A DNA stretch of 64,000 bases. Source: a virus. A program made the position numbers and the translations under genes. The stretch is taken from IMG/VR virus record IMGVR_UViG_3300031857_000082, positions 23,215 through 87,214 of that record. One strand, given 5' to 3'. Position 1 is the stretch's first letter, and every line of letters starts with the position of its first letter. Below are positions 32,199 to 42,366 of this stretch, in pieces. The notes under the pieces are model-generated. The model saw only the letters and a program-made list of their open reading frames with translations, did not search any database and had not been told where the DNA came from.

Positions 32199-32564
32199 TT
32201 ATTCGGAAACTACTAGTTCCCATTCACCTTTGTTGTCATTCCAAATGTAGCGATCTTCGCCCTCTGGATATGCAACTGGTGCTTCCCATTGACAGGTATC
32301 TTCATTTAATACCCATTTACTATAAGGTTTTGGTGGAATAAAAGCATCTCTGCCTTCATCATATGTGTAACCAATTCCTGCATAGTTTTTACGAATATTT
32401 CCGTTATAAGATGTTTGTTTCCAAGTACCGCCTAGAAGAGTGTTGCAGAATGCAGCACCAACTGCTTCTGATTCATTACCTTCGGCATCTTTGCAATCGT
32501 TGTTGTCAACAACAATTACTCTTTGAACAATTCCATCTGCATTTATCTCTGCAAAATGTGCCAT
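32199..32564 (-). CDS. Fibre-associated small protein (MAHFAE family)
   Basis: MAHFAEI...WKQTSYN...RKNYAGIGYTYD...FIPPKPY; a type often found beside Gly-rich fibre genes. Confidence 0.65.
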   Translation of the reverse strand: MAHFAEINADGIVQRVIVVDNNDCKDAEGNESEAVGAAFCNTLLGGTWKQTSYNGNIRKNYAGIGYTYDEGRDAFIPPKPYSKWVLNEDTCQWEAPVAYPEGEDRYIWNDNKGEWELVVSE

Positions 32565-32591
32565 ATTTATTACCTCCTTTTATATTATATC

Positions 32592-33437
32592 CTATGCAAT
32601 TCTATATCTTAAAATTACTATTCCACTACCGCCATTGCCTCCAGGAGCACCACCGTTTTGTCCAGATCCTCCACCGCCACCACCAGTATTTGTTTGACCA
32701 GCACCTCCAGCAGTTGTTGTAGCACCAGTTGCACCATTTCCTCCACCACCAGTTCCTCCAGCAGCACCAGTTGGACCGCCACCTCCACCTCCACCTGCAT
32801 ATCTTGTAGATGTTCCAGATATTGATGATAAAAATCCAATTCCACCAGTTCCACCAACACTTCCTGTAGAAGCAGTTCCTACTGCACCTCCACCACCACC
32901 TCCAGCACCAGAAATTATACTTGTAGTATTGTTAGAGCCTCCAGCAAAACCTTGTCCTGATATTCCAGCACCTCCAGTTTGAACTGCTCCACTATTTGGT
33001 CCACCAGCACCTCCACCAGATCCACCAAGTCTTCCAGATTTAGTTAATCCACCTCCACCTCCACCACCAGTTGTACTAATTCCAAAAGCAGATGAAGAAA
33101 CACCGTCTGCACCAGTAACACCACCAGATAAACCTACAGCACCTCCACCAATTACAACTGAGTTAGATGATGATCCAGAAAGTGATGTATTTCCAGAGAT
33201 AACTCCACCACCTCCACCGCCACCACCTTGATCTGATCCTCCAGCACCCCCACCTGCAACAATTAAATATTCAACAGTTCCAGTTCCAGAGGTAGTAGAA
33301 AAAGTTCCAGATGATGTAAATGTATGGCATCTATATGTAATTCCACTTTCAACATAATCATTAACTGAGTTTCCTCCAACTCCAACTAAAAATTGACTTG
33401 GATTTTTATTAATACTATTTAATGAACTAATTGGCAT
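32592..33437 (-). CDS. Glycine-rich fibre tip protein
   Basis: HTFTSSG...YLIVAGGG...GGSGIVILRY. Confidence 0.75.
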   Translation of the reverse strand: MPISSLNSINKNPSQFLVGVGGNSVNDYVESGITYRCHTFTSSGTFSTTSGTGTVEYLIVAGGGAGGSDQGGGGGGGGVISGNTSLSGSSSNSVVIGGGAVGLSGGVTGADGVSSSAFGISTTGGGGGGGLTKSGRLGGSGGGAGGPNSGAVQTGGAGISGQGFAGGSNNTTSIISGAGGGGGGAVGTASTGSVGGTGGIGFLSSISGTSTRYAGGGGGGGPTGAAGGTGGGGNGATGATTTAGGAGQTNTGGGGGGSGQNGGAPGGNGGSGIVILRYRIA

Positions 33438-33769
33438 TATGCTGTTACCTCCGCATATGATAAATTAAAACTTACACTACCGCTTGAAGACCATACCGAC
33501 AAAACATCGGAGGCATCCATGGTTATTCCATGTCCAAATTCTACTGTGTCATTTGCAGTAATCATTAAACCAAAGAATAAGTAATGTTGGTCAGCAATTG
33601 ATGCACCATCTGGCCTTACTGCTACACGAATTGATGCAGATGTTGCACCTAAATTACATGCATGAATATTTGAAATTACAGCCTGAGTATCAGCAGGAAC
33701 TGTATATAAAGTTGAAAGTGTTTGTGCAGCAGGTTCTAACTGTGCAGGTGACTTATAAGTTGTTGCCAT
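33437..33769 (-). CDS. 110-aa adaptor protein
   Basis: TLYTVPA.TQAV family, five close paralogs. Confidence 0.7.
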   Translation of the reverse strand: MATTYKSPAQLEPAAQTLSTLYTVPADTQAVISNIHACNLGATSASIRVAVRPDGASIADQHYLFFGLMITANDTVEFGHGITMDASDVLSVWSSSGSVSFNLSYAEVTA

Positions 33770-33990
33770 TATTTAAACGCTCCAAAGAAAGAATTAAATC
33801 CACCTTCTGCAGTAGATCCTACGTCTATCCATTCATTACCATTATAAGCCTTTAATAAATGTGTATTTGCATTTGTTGTATCTACCCAAAGTTGTCCAGT
33901 AGTTGGACTTGAGGGTGCAGAAGTACCATAATGAATATCTTTTTCAAAATTAGTTAATGCTTTATCTGCTAGATCTCTGGCTTTACTCAT
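33769..33990 (-). CDS. Short linker protein (MSKARD start)
   Basis: 73 aa; one P..GQLWVD...YNG.EW domain. Confidence 0.7.
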   Translation of the reverse strand: MSKARDLADKALTNFEKDIHYGTSAPSSPTTGQLWVDTTNANTHLLKAYNGNEWIDVGSTAEGGFNSFFGAFK

Positions 33991-34952
33991 ATTAGATACC
34001 TAATTATTACTATTCCACTACCGCCATTTCCTCCACCACCTGTTGAAATTGCCATTCCACCGCCACCGCCACCAGTATTTTCTGTTCCATTTATTGCTGT
34101 AACATAATTTCCACTAACATAACCACCAGCACCTCCACCACCTAATCCACCAGAACTTCTTGTTGCACCACCATTTTGTTGTCCACCTCCTCCACCTCCT
34201 GCATAAAATACTGATGTTCCACTTATTGATGATTGAAGTCCAACCCCTCCATTTCCAGGATTTCCACTAGTTGCAGTAACTCCAATAGCACCAGCACCTC
34301 CACCACCTCCTGCAACATATGCATACGTATTATATGGAAAACCATTACCACCAATATTTCCTTGACCAGCAGTTGCTGATCCTCCTTGTCCAGCGGTTGT
34401 GGAAGATGTACCTCCTCCACCACCAGATCCTCCAGAAGTTCCATTTAAATATGTGTTTCCAGTACCAGTATATGCACCACCTGTGCCTCCGCCAATTGCA
34501 GTTAATGAATTAAATGAAGAATTTGTGCCGTTAGTTCCAATTGTAGATGTTCCTCCTGGTGCTGTATTTCCTCCAGCACCGACAACAATTGAATATGTTC
34601 CAGGATTAATAATAGTACTTCCTTGAATTAAACCTCCTGCTCCACCGCCTCCAGCACCTCCACCTCCACCGCCACCTGCAACAATTAAATAATCAATACT
34701 GGTTTGTCTATTTACAATAAAAGTTCCACCACTTAAAAAAGTATGAATTTTATATCCACCAACCGTAGTTATGTTTCCACCAGTTGCTTTATTAATTAAA
34801 GAAGTTTGAAACAATTCAGAATATGATTTTCCTTGTGATAATTGTGTGGAAAAATCTGATGTTGTTAGTCCACTATTTATTAAAGATTGAATCTGTCCAT
34901 ATGTTAATCTATTTGTATTATTATTTGAAGCATTACTACTATTAATTGCCAT
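33987..34952 (-). CDS. Glycine-rich fibre tip protein
   Basis: Gly-rich domain ending in GGSGIVIIRY. Confidence 0.75.
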   Translation of the reverse strand: MAINSSNASNNNTNRLTYGQIQSLINSGLTTSDFSTQLSQGKSYSELFQTSLINKATGGNITTVGGYKIHTFLSGGTFIVNRQTSIDYLIVAGGGGGGGAGGGGAGGLIQGSTIINPGTYSIVVGAGGNTAPGGTSTIGTNGTNSSFNSLTAIGGGTGGAYTGTGNTYLNGTSGGSGGGGGTSSTTAGQGGSATAGQGNIGGNGFPYNTYAYVAGGGGGAGAIGVTATSGNPGNGGVGLQSSISGTSVFYAGGGGGGQQNGGATRSSGGLGGGGAGGYVSGNYVTAINGTENTGGGGGGMAISTGGGGNGGSGIVIIRYLI

Positions 34953-35284
34953 TATGCAATCTCCATTTTAAAAGCATTAAATGCTACCGAAGCAGTACTT
35001 GCAAATACGGACAATACGTCCTGTGCTCCCATCGTTATACCTTGGGTAAATGCTACAGTTTCATTACCTGCAATAGTTGCATTAAAAACAATATAATTAG
35101 CATTTGTAATTGAGACACCATTTGGCACTACCGCAATTCTGTAGGTTGCATCTGTAGATGCTGTATTGCAAACATTAATTGTTGAAACAACAGCCTGTGT
35201 AGAAACAGGAACTGTATAAAGCGTTGTAAGGGTGTTTGCCGCTGGCAAAACATAAGAAGGTGATTTAATTGTTTCTGTAGCCAT
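34952..35284 (-). CDS. 110-aa adaptor protein
   Basis: TLYTVP.STQAVVSTINVCN. Confidence 0.7.
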   Translation of the reverse strand: MATETIKSPSYVLPAANTLTTLYTVPVSTQAVVSTINVCNTASTDATYRIAVVPNGVSITNANYIVFNATIAGNETVAFTQGITMGAQDVLSVFASTASVAFNAFKMEIA

Positions 35285-35860
35285 TTAAGCCCCCATAAGC
35301 AAGAAGTGAGTCTTTAATCCCCCACCACCGCCTGCACCTGACATTATAATCCACTCATTACCATTATACACTTTTAATATTGGAGTGGCTGGTTCTGTAG
35401 TATCAACCCATAACTGTCCTAGTAAAGGAGAAGTCGGGGTAGTTGAAGAATATACAATATCTCTTTCAAAATTTGCACTAGCACTAGTAGATAAATATTT
35501 TGCATCACTTTGTTCTTGAGTATATACATTTGCAATAGAAAGAGATTTTAAAGAAATAATTTCAATTACACTACCCGCCCCAATTGAGGCAAGTCCTGTA
35601 ATGCTTGTGCCATTTGAGGCGGTATAGTCAGAATTTCTAACCAATAAAATTCCATTTAAAAATACTTGTTCATATCCTGGAGAATAAGAAAGATTAAGAC
35701 CATTATCATCATATCCAAATAATGTTGTTTCTCCACCTGTGGCAATTTTTTGCCATCTTGTGGAATTAATAAGATTATTTTGTGCGTTTAAAGGAAGCCA
35801 ATTTGTACCATTCCATGCATACATTGCTTTTCCTGTATTTAGTATTGATGCTGATGCCAT
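35285..35860 (-). CDS. Fibre backbone/branch protein
   Basis: N-terminal YAWNGTNW, GYEQV..NG...DYTA domain, C-terminal FLLMGA. Confidence 0.65.
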   Translation of the reverse strand: MASASILNTGKAMYAWNGTNWLPLNAQNNLINSTRWQKIATGGETTLFGYDDNGLNLSYSPGYEQVFLNGILLVRNSDYTASNGTSITGLASIGAGSVIEIISLKSLSIANVYTQEQSDAKYLSTSASANFERDIVYSSTTPTSPLLGQLWVDTTEPATPILKVYNGNEWIIMSGAGGGGGLKTHFLLMGA

Positions 35861-35863
35861 TTA

Positions 35864-36823
35864 TTATGCTCCAAAGACTGATGGTATGTTTAAAGCAAAT
35901 CTAATCATGACTATTCCAGTTCCACCATTGCCACCATTACCTCCACCACCACCGCCTGTATTGGAAACACCATTTGTTCCACCTTGACTATTGCCTCCAT
36001 ATCCACTTCCTCCACCACCAAATCCTCCTACTCCAGGTGCACCACTATCATCTGCTCCACCACCACCTCCTGCATAATACGTTGTTGATCCAGATAAAGA
36101 AGATTGTAGTCCATTTCCACCATTTCTTCCAGAACCTCTTCCTGGGTTTAATGATTGTGCTGCTCCTGCTTGACCAGCACCTCCACCACCTCCACCACCT
36201 CCAGCGTTGCTTTGGCCACGACCTCCAGCATTTCCTTGTCCAGATGTTCCAGGTGCTGCGTAAGTAGAGTCTGCGTAAGCAGTTCCTCCACCAGATCCAC
36301 CACTTAATCCATAATCATTATTGTCTGTACCTCCACCTCCACCACCAATTGCTGTTAAAGATAAAAGTACTGAGTCTCCTCCGTTTGATCCCCTACTTCC
36401 AGTTGCCCCACCTGCTCCACCAGCACCAACTGTAACCGTAGTTGTTCCACTTGGAATTGTTAATGATTGTGCTATAAATCCACCAGCACCGCCACCGCCA
36501 CCATAATTATTGCCACCACCACCTCCACCGCCTGCAACAACTAATACTTCAGAAATACAGCCTGCAAGTGGTCCTGGATTATAAGATGATGTAGATGTAA
36601 ATGTTTTTAATGCATAATATGTTCCACCAGTTTGATAACTTGTATATCCATTTGTATTTAAATAATTTAAAAATCTTGCAGTACTTCTAATTGTAGAAAT
36701 ACTACTTCCTATACTTTTTTCATATTCAACATAAGAAAATAAACCATTAGCAGTAACATTATTTGCTAACCCTGTTATTTCTGAATAAGTACTTCCACTA
36801 CCGCCAAGTCTTGATATACCCAT
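35864..36823 (-). CDS. Glycine-rich fibre tip protein
   Basis: Gly-rich domain; paralog of 37370-38356. Confidence 0.75.
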   Translation of the reverse strand: MGISRLGGSGSTYSEITGLANNVTANGLFSYVEYEKSIGSSISTIRSTARFLNYLNTNGYTSYQTGGTYYALKTFTSTSSYNPGPLAGCISEVLVVAGGGGGGGNNYGGGGGAGGFIAQSLTIPSGTTTVTVGAGGAGGATGSRGSNGGDSVLLSLTAIGGGGGGTDNNDYGLSGGSGGGTAYADSTYAAPGTSGQGNAGGRGQSNAGGGGGGGGAGQAGAAQSLNPGRGSGRNGGNGLQSSLSGSTTYYAGGGGGADDSGAPGVGGFGGGGSGYGGNSQGGTNGVSNTGGGGGGNGGNGGTGIVMIRFALNIPSVFGA

Positions 36824-37158
36824 TAAGCCGTTACCTCCATTTTAAATGCTGTAAATGCAAGGGTAGAAGCAGAAGAATAAACTGCTAATATATCTCCAGC
36901 ATCTAATATAATTCCTTGATTAAATATGATTGATTCATATGCACTAATATTTGAATTATATACTAAATAATTTTGTTGTTCAATTGCTGCCCCGCCTGGT
37001 CTGATACCAATTCTAAATGTTGCAGCAGATGCACTTGTATTGCAAACGTTAATTGTAGGAATAACTGCTTGTGTTGAAGCAGGAACTGTATATAAAGAAG
37101 TTAAAGTATTTGCTGCAGGTGCAGAAAAAGAAGGCGTTTTCATTGTTTCTGTAGCCAT
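36823..37158 (-). CDS. 110-aa adaptor protein
   Basis: Start MATETMK at 37158 chosen by paralogy. Confidence 0.7.
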   Translation of the reverse strand: MATETMKTPSFSAPAANTLTSLYTVPASTQAVIPTINVCNTSASAATFRIGIRPGGAAIEQQNYLVYNSNISAYESIIFNQGIILDAGDILAVYSSASTLAFTAFKMEVTA

Positions 37159-37370
37159 TATGATGCTCCTATTGTCATTAGTGTGGCTGCCATTCCGCCA
37201 CCACCACCAGCACCTGACACGAGTTTCCACTCAGTTCCATTATACACTTTTAATGATGGTGAATTTGGATTAGAATTGTCTGTCCATAGTTGTCCAATTA
37301 CTGGACTAGTTGGCTCGGTTGAAGAAAATGATCCACCTCTTGCTTTTGATACTTCTCTTGCTCTAGACAT
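37158..37370 (-). CDS. Short linker protein (MSRARE start)
   Basis: 70 aa; paralog of 33769-33990. Confidence 0.7.
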   Translation of the reverse strand: MSRAREVSKARGGSFSSTEPTSPVIGQLWTDNSNPNSPSLKVYNGTEWKLVSGAGGGGGMAATLMTIGAS

Positions 37371-38356
37371 TATGCAAATGAGGATGGAATTGTAAAAGCA
37401 AATCTTATTACAACTATTCCAGATCCCCCTCCTCCAGCAATAGTTCCGCTAATTTGACCTCCGCCACCACCAGCCCCAGTATTTGCTGTTCCAGCAGTTA
37501 ATGAAGGTGTAGAACTACTTGATGCATTAGTAACCGATGTAGAATAGCCAGGAGCGTGAAACCCTCCATTACCTCCAGCACCATAAAATATATTTTGTCC
37601 AGTTATTGAAATTTGTAATCCAGGACCTCCTCCTCCAGCAGATCCTCCAGAATACCCTCCTATACCTTGTATTCCAGGTCCACCAGCACCTCCACCCCCA
37701 CCAGGTGTACCGTCATTTGTTGCAGAAGATGTTCCACCATTATTTCCCTGTCCAGCAGTTCCCGCACCACCAGCATAACTATTTGTTACAGAATAATTAC
37801 TGCCACCGCCGCCAGAACCTCCATTATTTCCAATATTTGTTCCACCACTTCCTCCACCAGCACCTCCACCAATTGCAGTATATGAAGAAAAAATACTATT
37901 ACTTCCATTTGTTGATCTAGTTCCTCCAGCACCAACTGTAATAGAATAAGAAGATTGATTTACTAAGACGTTACTTGCTTGAATAACTCCACCGCCACCA
38001 CCGCCACCAGAATATCCACTTCCACCTTTATCTCCACCTCCACCGCCAGCAACAACTAATATGTTTGCATTTGAATTTAAAAATGGTCCAGGTGTAAAAG
38101 TTCCTGAATTTAAAAATTGTTGAAAAGCATAATATGTTCCACCAGATTGATATGTTGTATATCCAGCATTTTGAATATATGTTAAATATCTTGAAGCACT
38201 TAATATTTGATTTTTTGGAATACCTAAGCCAGAAGCGTTTGCTAAATAATTTGATAATGCAGTATTAGTTCCTGCTTGAGAAAACATAGTACTTAGTTCT
38301 CCAACACTAAAAGAGTTACTAGATATTCTTGATTGATTTAAACTTGAAAATCCCAC
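37370..38356 (-). CDS. Glycine-rich fibre tip protein
   Basis: Gly-rich domain ending in GGSGIVVIRF. Confidence 0.75.
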   Translation of the reverse strand: MGFSSLNQSRISSNSFSVGELSTMFSQAGTNTALSNYLANASGLGIPKNQILSASRYLTYIQNAGYTTYQSGGTYYAFQQFLNSGTFTPGPFLNSNANILVVAGGGGGDKGGSGYSGGGGGGGVIQASNVLVNQSSYSITVGAGGTRSTNGSNSIFSSYTAIGGGAGGGSGGTNIGNNGGSGGGGSNYSVTNSYAGGAGTAGQGNNGGTSSATNDGTPGGGGGAGGPGIQGIGGYSGGSAGGGGPGLQISITGQNIFYGAGGNGGFHAPGYSTSVTNASSSSTPSLTAGTANTGAGGGGGQISGTIAGGGGSGIVVIRFAFTIPSSFA

Positions 38357-38689
38357 TTATGCAGTCACCTCAGCGTAAAATCCTACAAAGCATACGCTGG
38401 CGGTAGATGCACGAACTGATAAAATATCTCCAGCACCCATGCTCATTCCTTGATTAATCATATATGTATCATTTCCAGCAATTGTTGCATCATAGATAAT
38501 ATGATTTTTATCTTCTAATGCAGCACCTCCTGGTCTAAAAGCAATTCTAAATGTTGCATCAGTAGATGCTGTGTTACAAATATTTATAGCAGAAAATATT
38601 GCTTGAGTTGCAGAAGGAACTGTATAAAGTGTTGTATAAGTATTGGCTGCTGGTTCAACCTGAACTGGTGACTTATAATTATTTGCCAT
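38357..38689 (-). CDS. 110-aa adaptor protein
   Basis: TLYTVPSATQAI family. Confidence 0.7.
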   Translation of the reverse strand: MANNYKSPVQVEPAANTYTTLYTVPSATQAIFSAINICNTASTDATFRIAFRPGGAALEDKNHIIYDATIAGNDTYMINQGMSMGAGDILSVRASTASVCFVGFYAEVTA

Positions 38690-39505
38690 TTATATACCTG
38701 CCTGAAAGAATGGGTGGAGTCCTGCTTCTGACGCTCCAGATACAGCAATCCAAGTACTTCCATTATACACTTTTAATGCAGGAGCATTTGAATTTGTTGA
38801 GTCTATCCATAGGGTTCCAGCATTTGGAGCCGATGGAGATGCTGAAACATAAGCAATATTTGGTTCAAAATTAGCACTTGCAGTAGTTAATAAATACTTA
38901 TTATCACTTTCATTCTTTGTATATACATCTGCAATTCCAAAAGATTCAAAGGCATGAATTTCTATTAAATCCCCCGAAGATGCTGGCTCAGTTAAAGCAA
39001 CACTTGTTCCATTTGAAGCGGTATAGTCAATTCCTCTATTTATCAAAGTTCCATTTATATATACTTGTTCAAATCCAGGAGTATATATAAGATTTAAATT
39101 ATTATTGTCATACCCCGAAATTGTTGAAGTAGATGCTGATAGTGTTTTAGACCATCTTAAGAATGTTTGAATGTCAAGGCCTGTGCCTACGTCTTCGTTA
39201 CTGTCTACCCATAATGCACCTGGCTCAAGATCTGTTATATCTGGTTGTTCATTTTGAAATAATACAGTTCCTCCGCCACCACTAATTTCAGCCCACTCTG
39301 TTCCGTTCCATACTAATACTTGATCAGTATCAGTTTCAAATATTAATTGGCCTTCAGTTGGTGAACCTGGGCGGGTAGAAGAAGTACAAGTTAAAATTCC
39401 TTTTATTGATATTACTATCCAAGATTCACCATTAAAAATATAAGTAATATTAGAAGATGTTGTAAATTGCTGTCCTGCTGATGCACTACTTGGAAAAATT
39501 GACAA
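38690..39505 (-). CDS. Fibre backbone/branch protein
   Basis: FPSS...GQQF start, GALWVDS half-domain, DYTA domain. Confidence 0.65.
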   Translation of the reverse strand: MSIFPSSASAGQQFTTSSNITYIFNGESWIVISIKGILTCTSSTRPGSPTEGQLIFETDTDQVLVWNGTEWAEISGGGGTVLFQNEQPDITDLEPGALWVDSNEDVGTGLDIQTFLRWSKTLSASTSTISGYDNNNLNLIYTPGFEQVYINGTLINRGIDYTASNGTSVALTEPASSGDLIEIHAFESFGIADVYTKNESDNKYLLTTASANFEPNIAYVSASPSAPNAGTLWIDSTNSNAPALKVYNGSTWIAVSGASEAGLHPFFQAGI

Positions 39506-39541
39506 TTATATCACCTAGTTTATTATAGCATTATGAAAAAA

Positions 39542-40936
39542 TTAGACTGGATATCTAATTACTATTATTCCTGAACCACCATTAAATCCATTATGGTCAT
39601 TGTTTTCTTCAACAACACCACCACCTCCACCGCCAGTGTTTGCACCACCATCAGAACCACCAGTGCGACCGTTACCATAACTTCCCTGAGCACCAGTTCC
39701 ACCACCACCTAAACCACCAGGAGTTGAAGTTCCATACTGTCCACCAGAACCTCCACCACCATAATAAACACTTGTACTATCTCTAAAAGGATTTATGTGT
39801 CCAATGCCTCCAGCAACTCCACTACTTGCTGCTCCAGCACCACCACCACCTAAGCCACCACTATTATTACCAAATGTAGTTGCGTCCCCATCTGATGCAT
39901 AAGTTCCAGAACCACCGCCACCGCCACCAGAAGCACCAGAAGTAGCACCGCCACCACCTGATCTTCCACCACCACCGCCACCTGCCGAAGAAACAGTTGC
40001 AAGCCCAGTACCGATAATTGTTGAAATTCCTCCTGTGCCACCTGCTCCACCAGTTGCTCCACTTCCACCGCCACCAATTGTGCAAGTAAGTATTGCATTT
40101 GGAAAAGTTTGAGATGTTCTAACTATTACACCACCAGCACCTCCACCGCCTGTACCAGAACCATTATAGCCACTTGATCGCCCACCACCGCCACCACCTG
40201 CTACAACAAGATAATCAACTATTGCAGAATTTCCAGTTATTGTAAAGTTAGAAGTTCCAGTAAATGTGTGAGAACGAAATCCTGAATATGTTGTAATAGT
40301 TCCACCAGTTGCAGTAAAAGGTGTTGCTGAATTAGAAATTGAAGAAGCAGCAGATACGCCATTAGCATTTGTAGCAGTTACTGTAAATGTATAAGATGTT
40401 CCTGCAGTTAAAGATGTAACATTAATAGGAGAAGATCCTCCTGATTGACTTGATCCAGTGTTTGGTATTGCATTATATGAAGTTATTGTTTTACCGCCAG
40501 TTCCATTACCAGTAAAAGCAACAGAAACCTTTTCAAATCCATGTGTAACTGATGTAATTGTAGGTGCTTCTGGAACAGTAGTTGCTGTAATTAAATTTGA
40601 AGGAATAGAATCTTCAGAAAATCCTACAGAGTTTGCAGAGTTAACTACAAATGTATATTGAGTGTTAGATTGAAGACCAGTTATTACTATTGGTGACGTT
40701 GTTCCTGTTGCTGTATAAGATCCTGGAGTTGATGTTACTCTATAAGATGTCGCAACCTCTCCTTCTATTGCTGGAGTAAAAAATACTGATGCTGCCCCAT
40801 TATTATATGAACGATTAATTCCTATATCAACTGCTGATATTCCACTTGGGCTTTGTGGAGTGTTGCCTAAAACTGCTTTTATTTTTTTTGTTTTAAATCC
40901 GTCTAATCCGCTTTCGCTAAATGAACTATATGCCAT
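39542..40936 (-). CDS. FN3 + glycine-rich fibre tip protein
   Basis: Two FN3-like repeats (GLQSNTQYTF, SLTAGTSYTF), then a Gly-rich domain. Confidence 0.75.
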   Translation of the reverse strand: MAYSSFSESGLDGFKTKKIKAVLGNTPQSPSGISAVDIGINRSYNNGAASVFFTPAIEGEVATSYRVTSTPGSYTATGTTSPIVITGLQSNTQYTFVVNSANSVGFSEDSIPSNLITATTVPEAPTITSVTHGFEKVSVAFTGNGTGGKTITSYNAIPNTGSSQSGGSSPINVTSLTAGTSYTFTVTATNANGVSAASSISNSATPFTATGGTITTYSGFRSHTFTGTSNFTITGNSAIVDYLVVAGGGGGGRSSGYNGSGTGGGGAGGVIVRTSQTFPNAILTCTIGGGGSGATGGAGGTGGISTIIGTGLATVSSAGGGGGGRSGGGGATSGASGGGGGGSGTYASDGDATTFGNNSGGLGGGGAGAASSGVAGGIGHINPFRDSTSVYYGGGGSGGQYGTSTPGGLGGGGTGAQGSYGNGRTGGSDGGANTGGGGGGVVEENNDHNGFNGGSGIIVIRYPV

Positions 40937-41271
40937 TAAGATACTTCGCTTCCAAATGCACTGAATGAAACAGATGCAGTTGAAGCGTATACACTTAAAG
41001 TATCTCCAGTTCCTAGAGTTACTCCAATTGTTAGTGATACAGAGTCTTTTGCTGTTACAGTTGCATCATATGCTATGTAGTGTTCTAAAGATAAAGATTC
41101 TCCGTTTGGTACAGCGGCAATTCTACAAGTAGTTGCAGACGCTGTAGTGTTACAAACATTTATTGTTGAAACAACAGACTGAGTAGATGCAGGAACTGTA
41201 TATAATGTTGAAACAGTTGCAGCGTTAGGTGAAACTTGTCCTAATATTTTAAAATTTTCTTGTTTTGCCAT
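40936..41271 (-). CDS. 110-aa adaptor protein
   Basis: TLYTVPASTQSVVSTINVCN. Confidence 0.7.
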   Translation of the reverse strand: MAKQENFKILGQVSPNAATVSTLYTVPASTQSVVSTINVCNTTASATTCRIAAVPNGESLSLEHYIAYDATVTAKDSVSLTIGVTLGTGDTLSVYASTASVSFSAFGSEVS

Positions 41272-41272
41272 C

Positions 41273-41707
41273 TTATGCTCCCATCGTCATAAAGTTATTT
41301 GCTTTTAATGACGAGCCTGTGCCTGAAACTTCAATCCACTCTGTTCCATTATACACCTTTAGATTTATTGCATTTAAATCAGTATTGTCAAACCATATAT
41401 ACCCTGCCGATGCTCCAACTGGAGATGCTGAAGAATATACTGCATCTAGAATTCCAGAATCACCTTGTGGTCCTTGTGGTCCTGTTGCACCACTTGCACC
41501 CTGTGGTCCTTGTGGCCCACTTATGTTTACCCAATATTCTCCATCATATACAAATAATCCACCAGCCTCATCGTCATACCAAATGCTTCCAGTAATAGCA
41601 CCTTGTGGTGCACTTTGTGCAATATCAATTGTTGTTTGTGGTGTAGATGCATCACCAACTTGAACCCAAGAAGATCCATCCCATACATACATTGGTTTTA
41701 ATGACAT
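41273..41707 (-). CDS. Collagen-like fibre backbone protein
   Basis: GPQGPQ repeats between two W-x-D domains; ends in FMTMGA. Confidence 0.7.
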   Translation of the reverse strand: MSLKPMYVWDGSSWVQVGDASTPQTTIDIAQSAPQGAITGSIWYDDEAGGLFVYDGEYWVNISGPQGPQGASGATGPQGPQGDSGILDAVYSSASPVGASAGYIWFDNTDLNAINLKVYNGTEWIEVSGTGSSLKANNFMTMGA

Positions 41708-41730
41708 ATTTTAATTATAACACCGTCCTA

Positions 41731-42366
41731 TTAAATTGGATATCTTAAAATAACAATTCCATTTGCACCACTACCACCATTAGCATTACCTTGTTCATTT
41801 TGTCCGTTACCTCCACCGCCACCACTACCTGGTGTAGATCCATTAGATCCAGGAGAGGTAAATCCAAAATTACCTCCAGGACCAGGTTGTGAATAAGTTA
41901 CAGAAGTACCACTAATAGAAGAAACACTATTACTTCCAGAACCTGCACTACCGTTTGCTCCAAATCCACCTGCCCATCCTGCACCACTACCACCATTAGA
42001 AGTTATATTATTAAAACTACTACCAGTACCAGTTCCACCAGTACCTCTAAATCCACCACCTCCAGCACCACCTCCCACTGTTATTGAATAAGATTGAATT
42101 AATGGTGCAAATGTTCCGCTATTAAAAATTCCTGCACTACCACCATTTCCAGCACCTGATCCAGCACCTGATCCACCATAACCTGCACCACCACCACCAC
42201 CTCCGCCTCCCACAATAATATAACTTATTGCAGAAACTCCTTTAGTTATTGAAAAACTAGTACTTCCTGTAAATGTATGTATTCTAAAATTATTTAAATC
42301 TGATATTGTTCCACCCGTTGCTCTTGGAACTTGATTTGCTGTTGCTAATATACCTGGAATTGGCAT
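41731..42366 (-). CDS. Glycine-rich fibre tip protein
   Basis: MPIPGILA start; ends in GANGIVILRY. Confidence 0.7.
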   Translation of the reverse strand: MPIPGILATANQVPRATGGTISDLNNFRIHTFTGSTSFSITKGVSAISYIIVGGGGGGGGAGYGGSGAGSGAGNGGSAGIFNSGTFAPLIQSYSITVGGGAGGGGFRGTGGTGTGSSFNNITSNGGSGAGWAGGFGANGSAGSGSNSVSSISGTSVTYSQPGPGGNFGFTSPGSNGSTPGSGGGGGNGQNEQGNANGGSGANGIVILRYPI

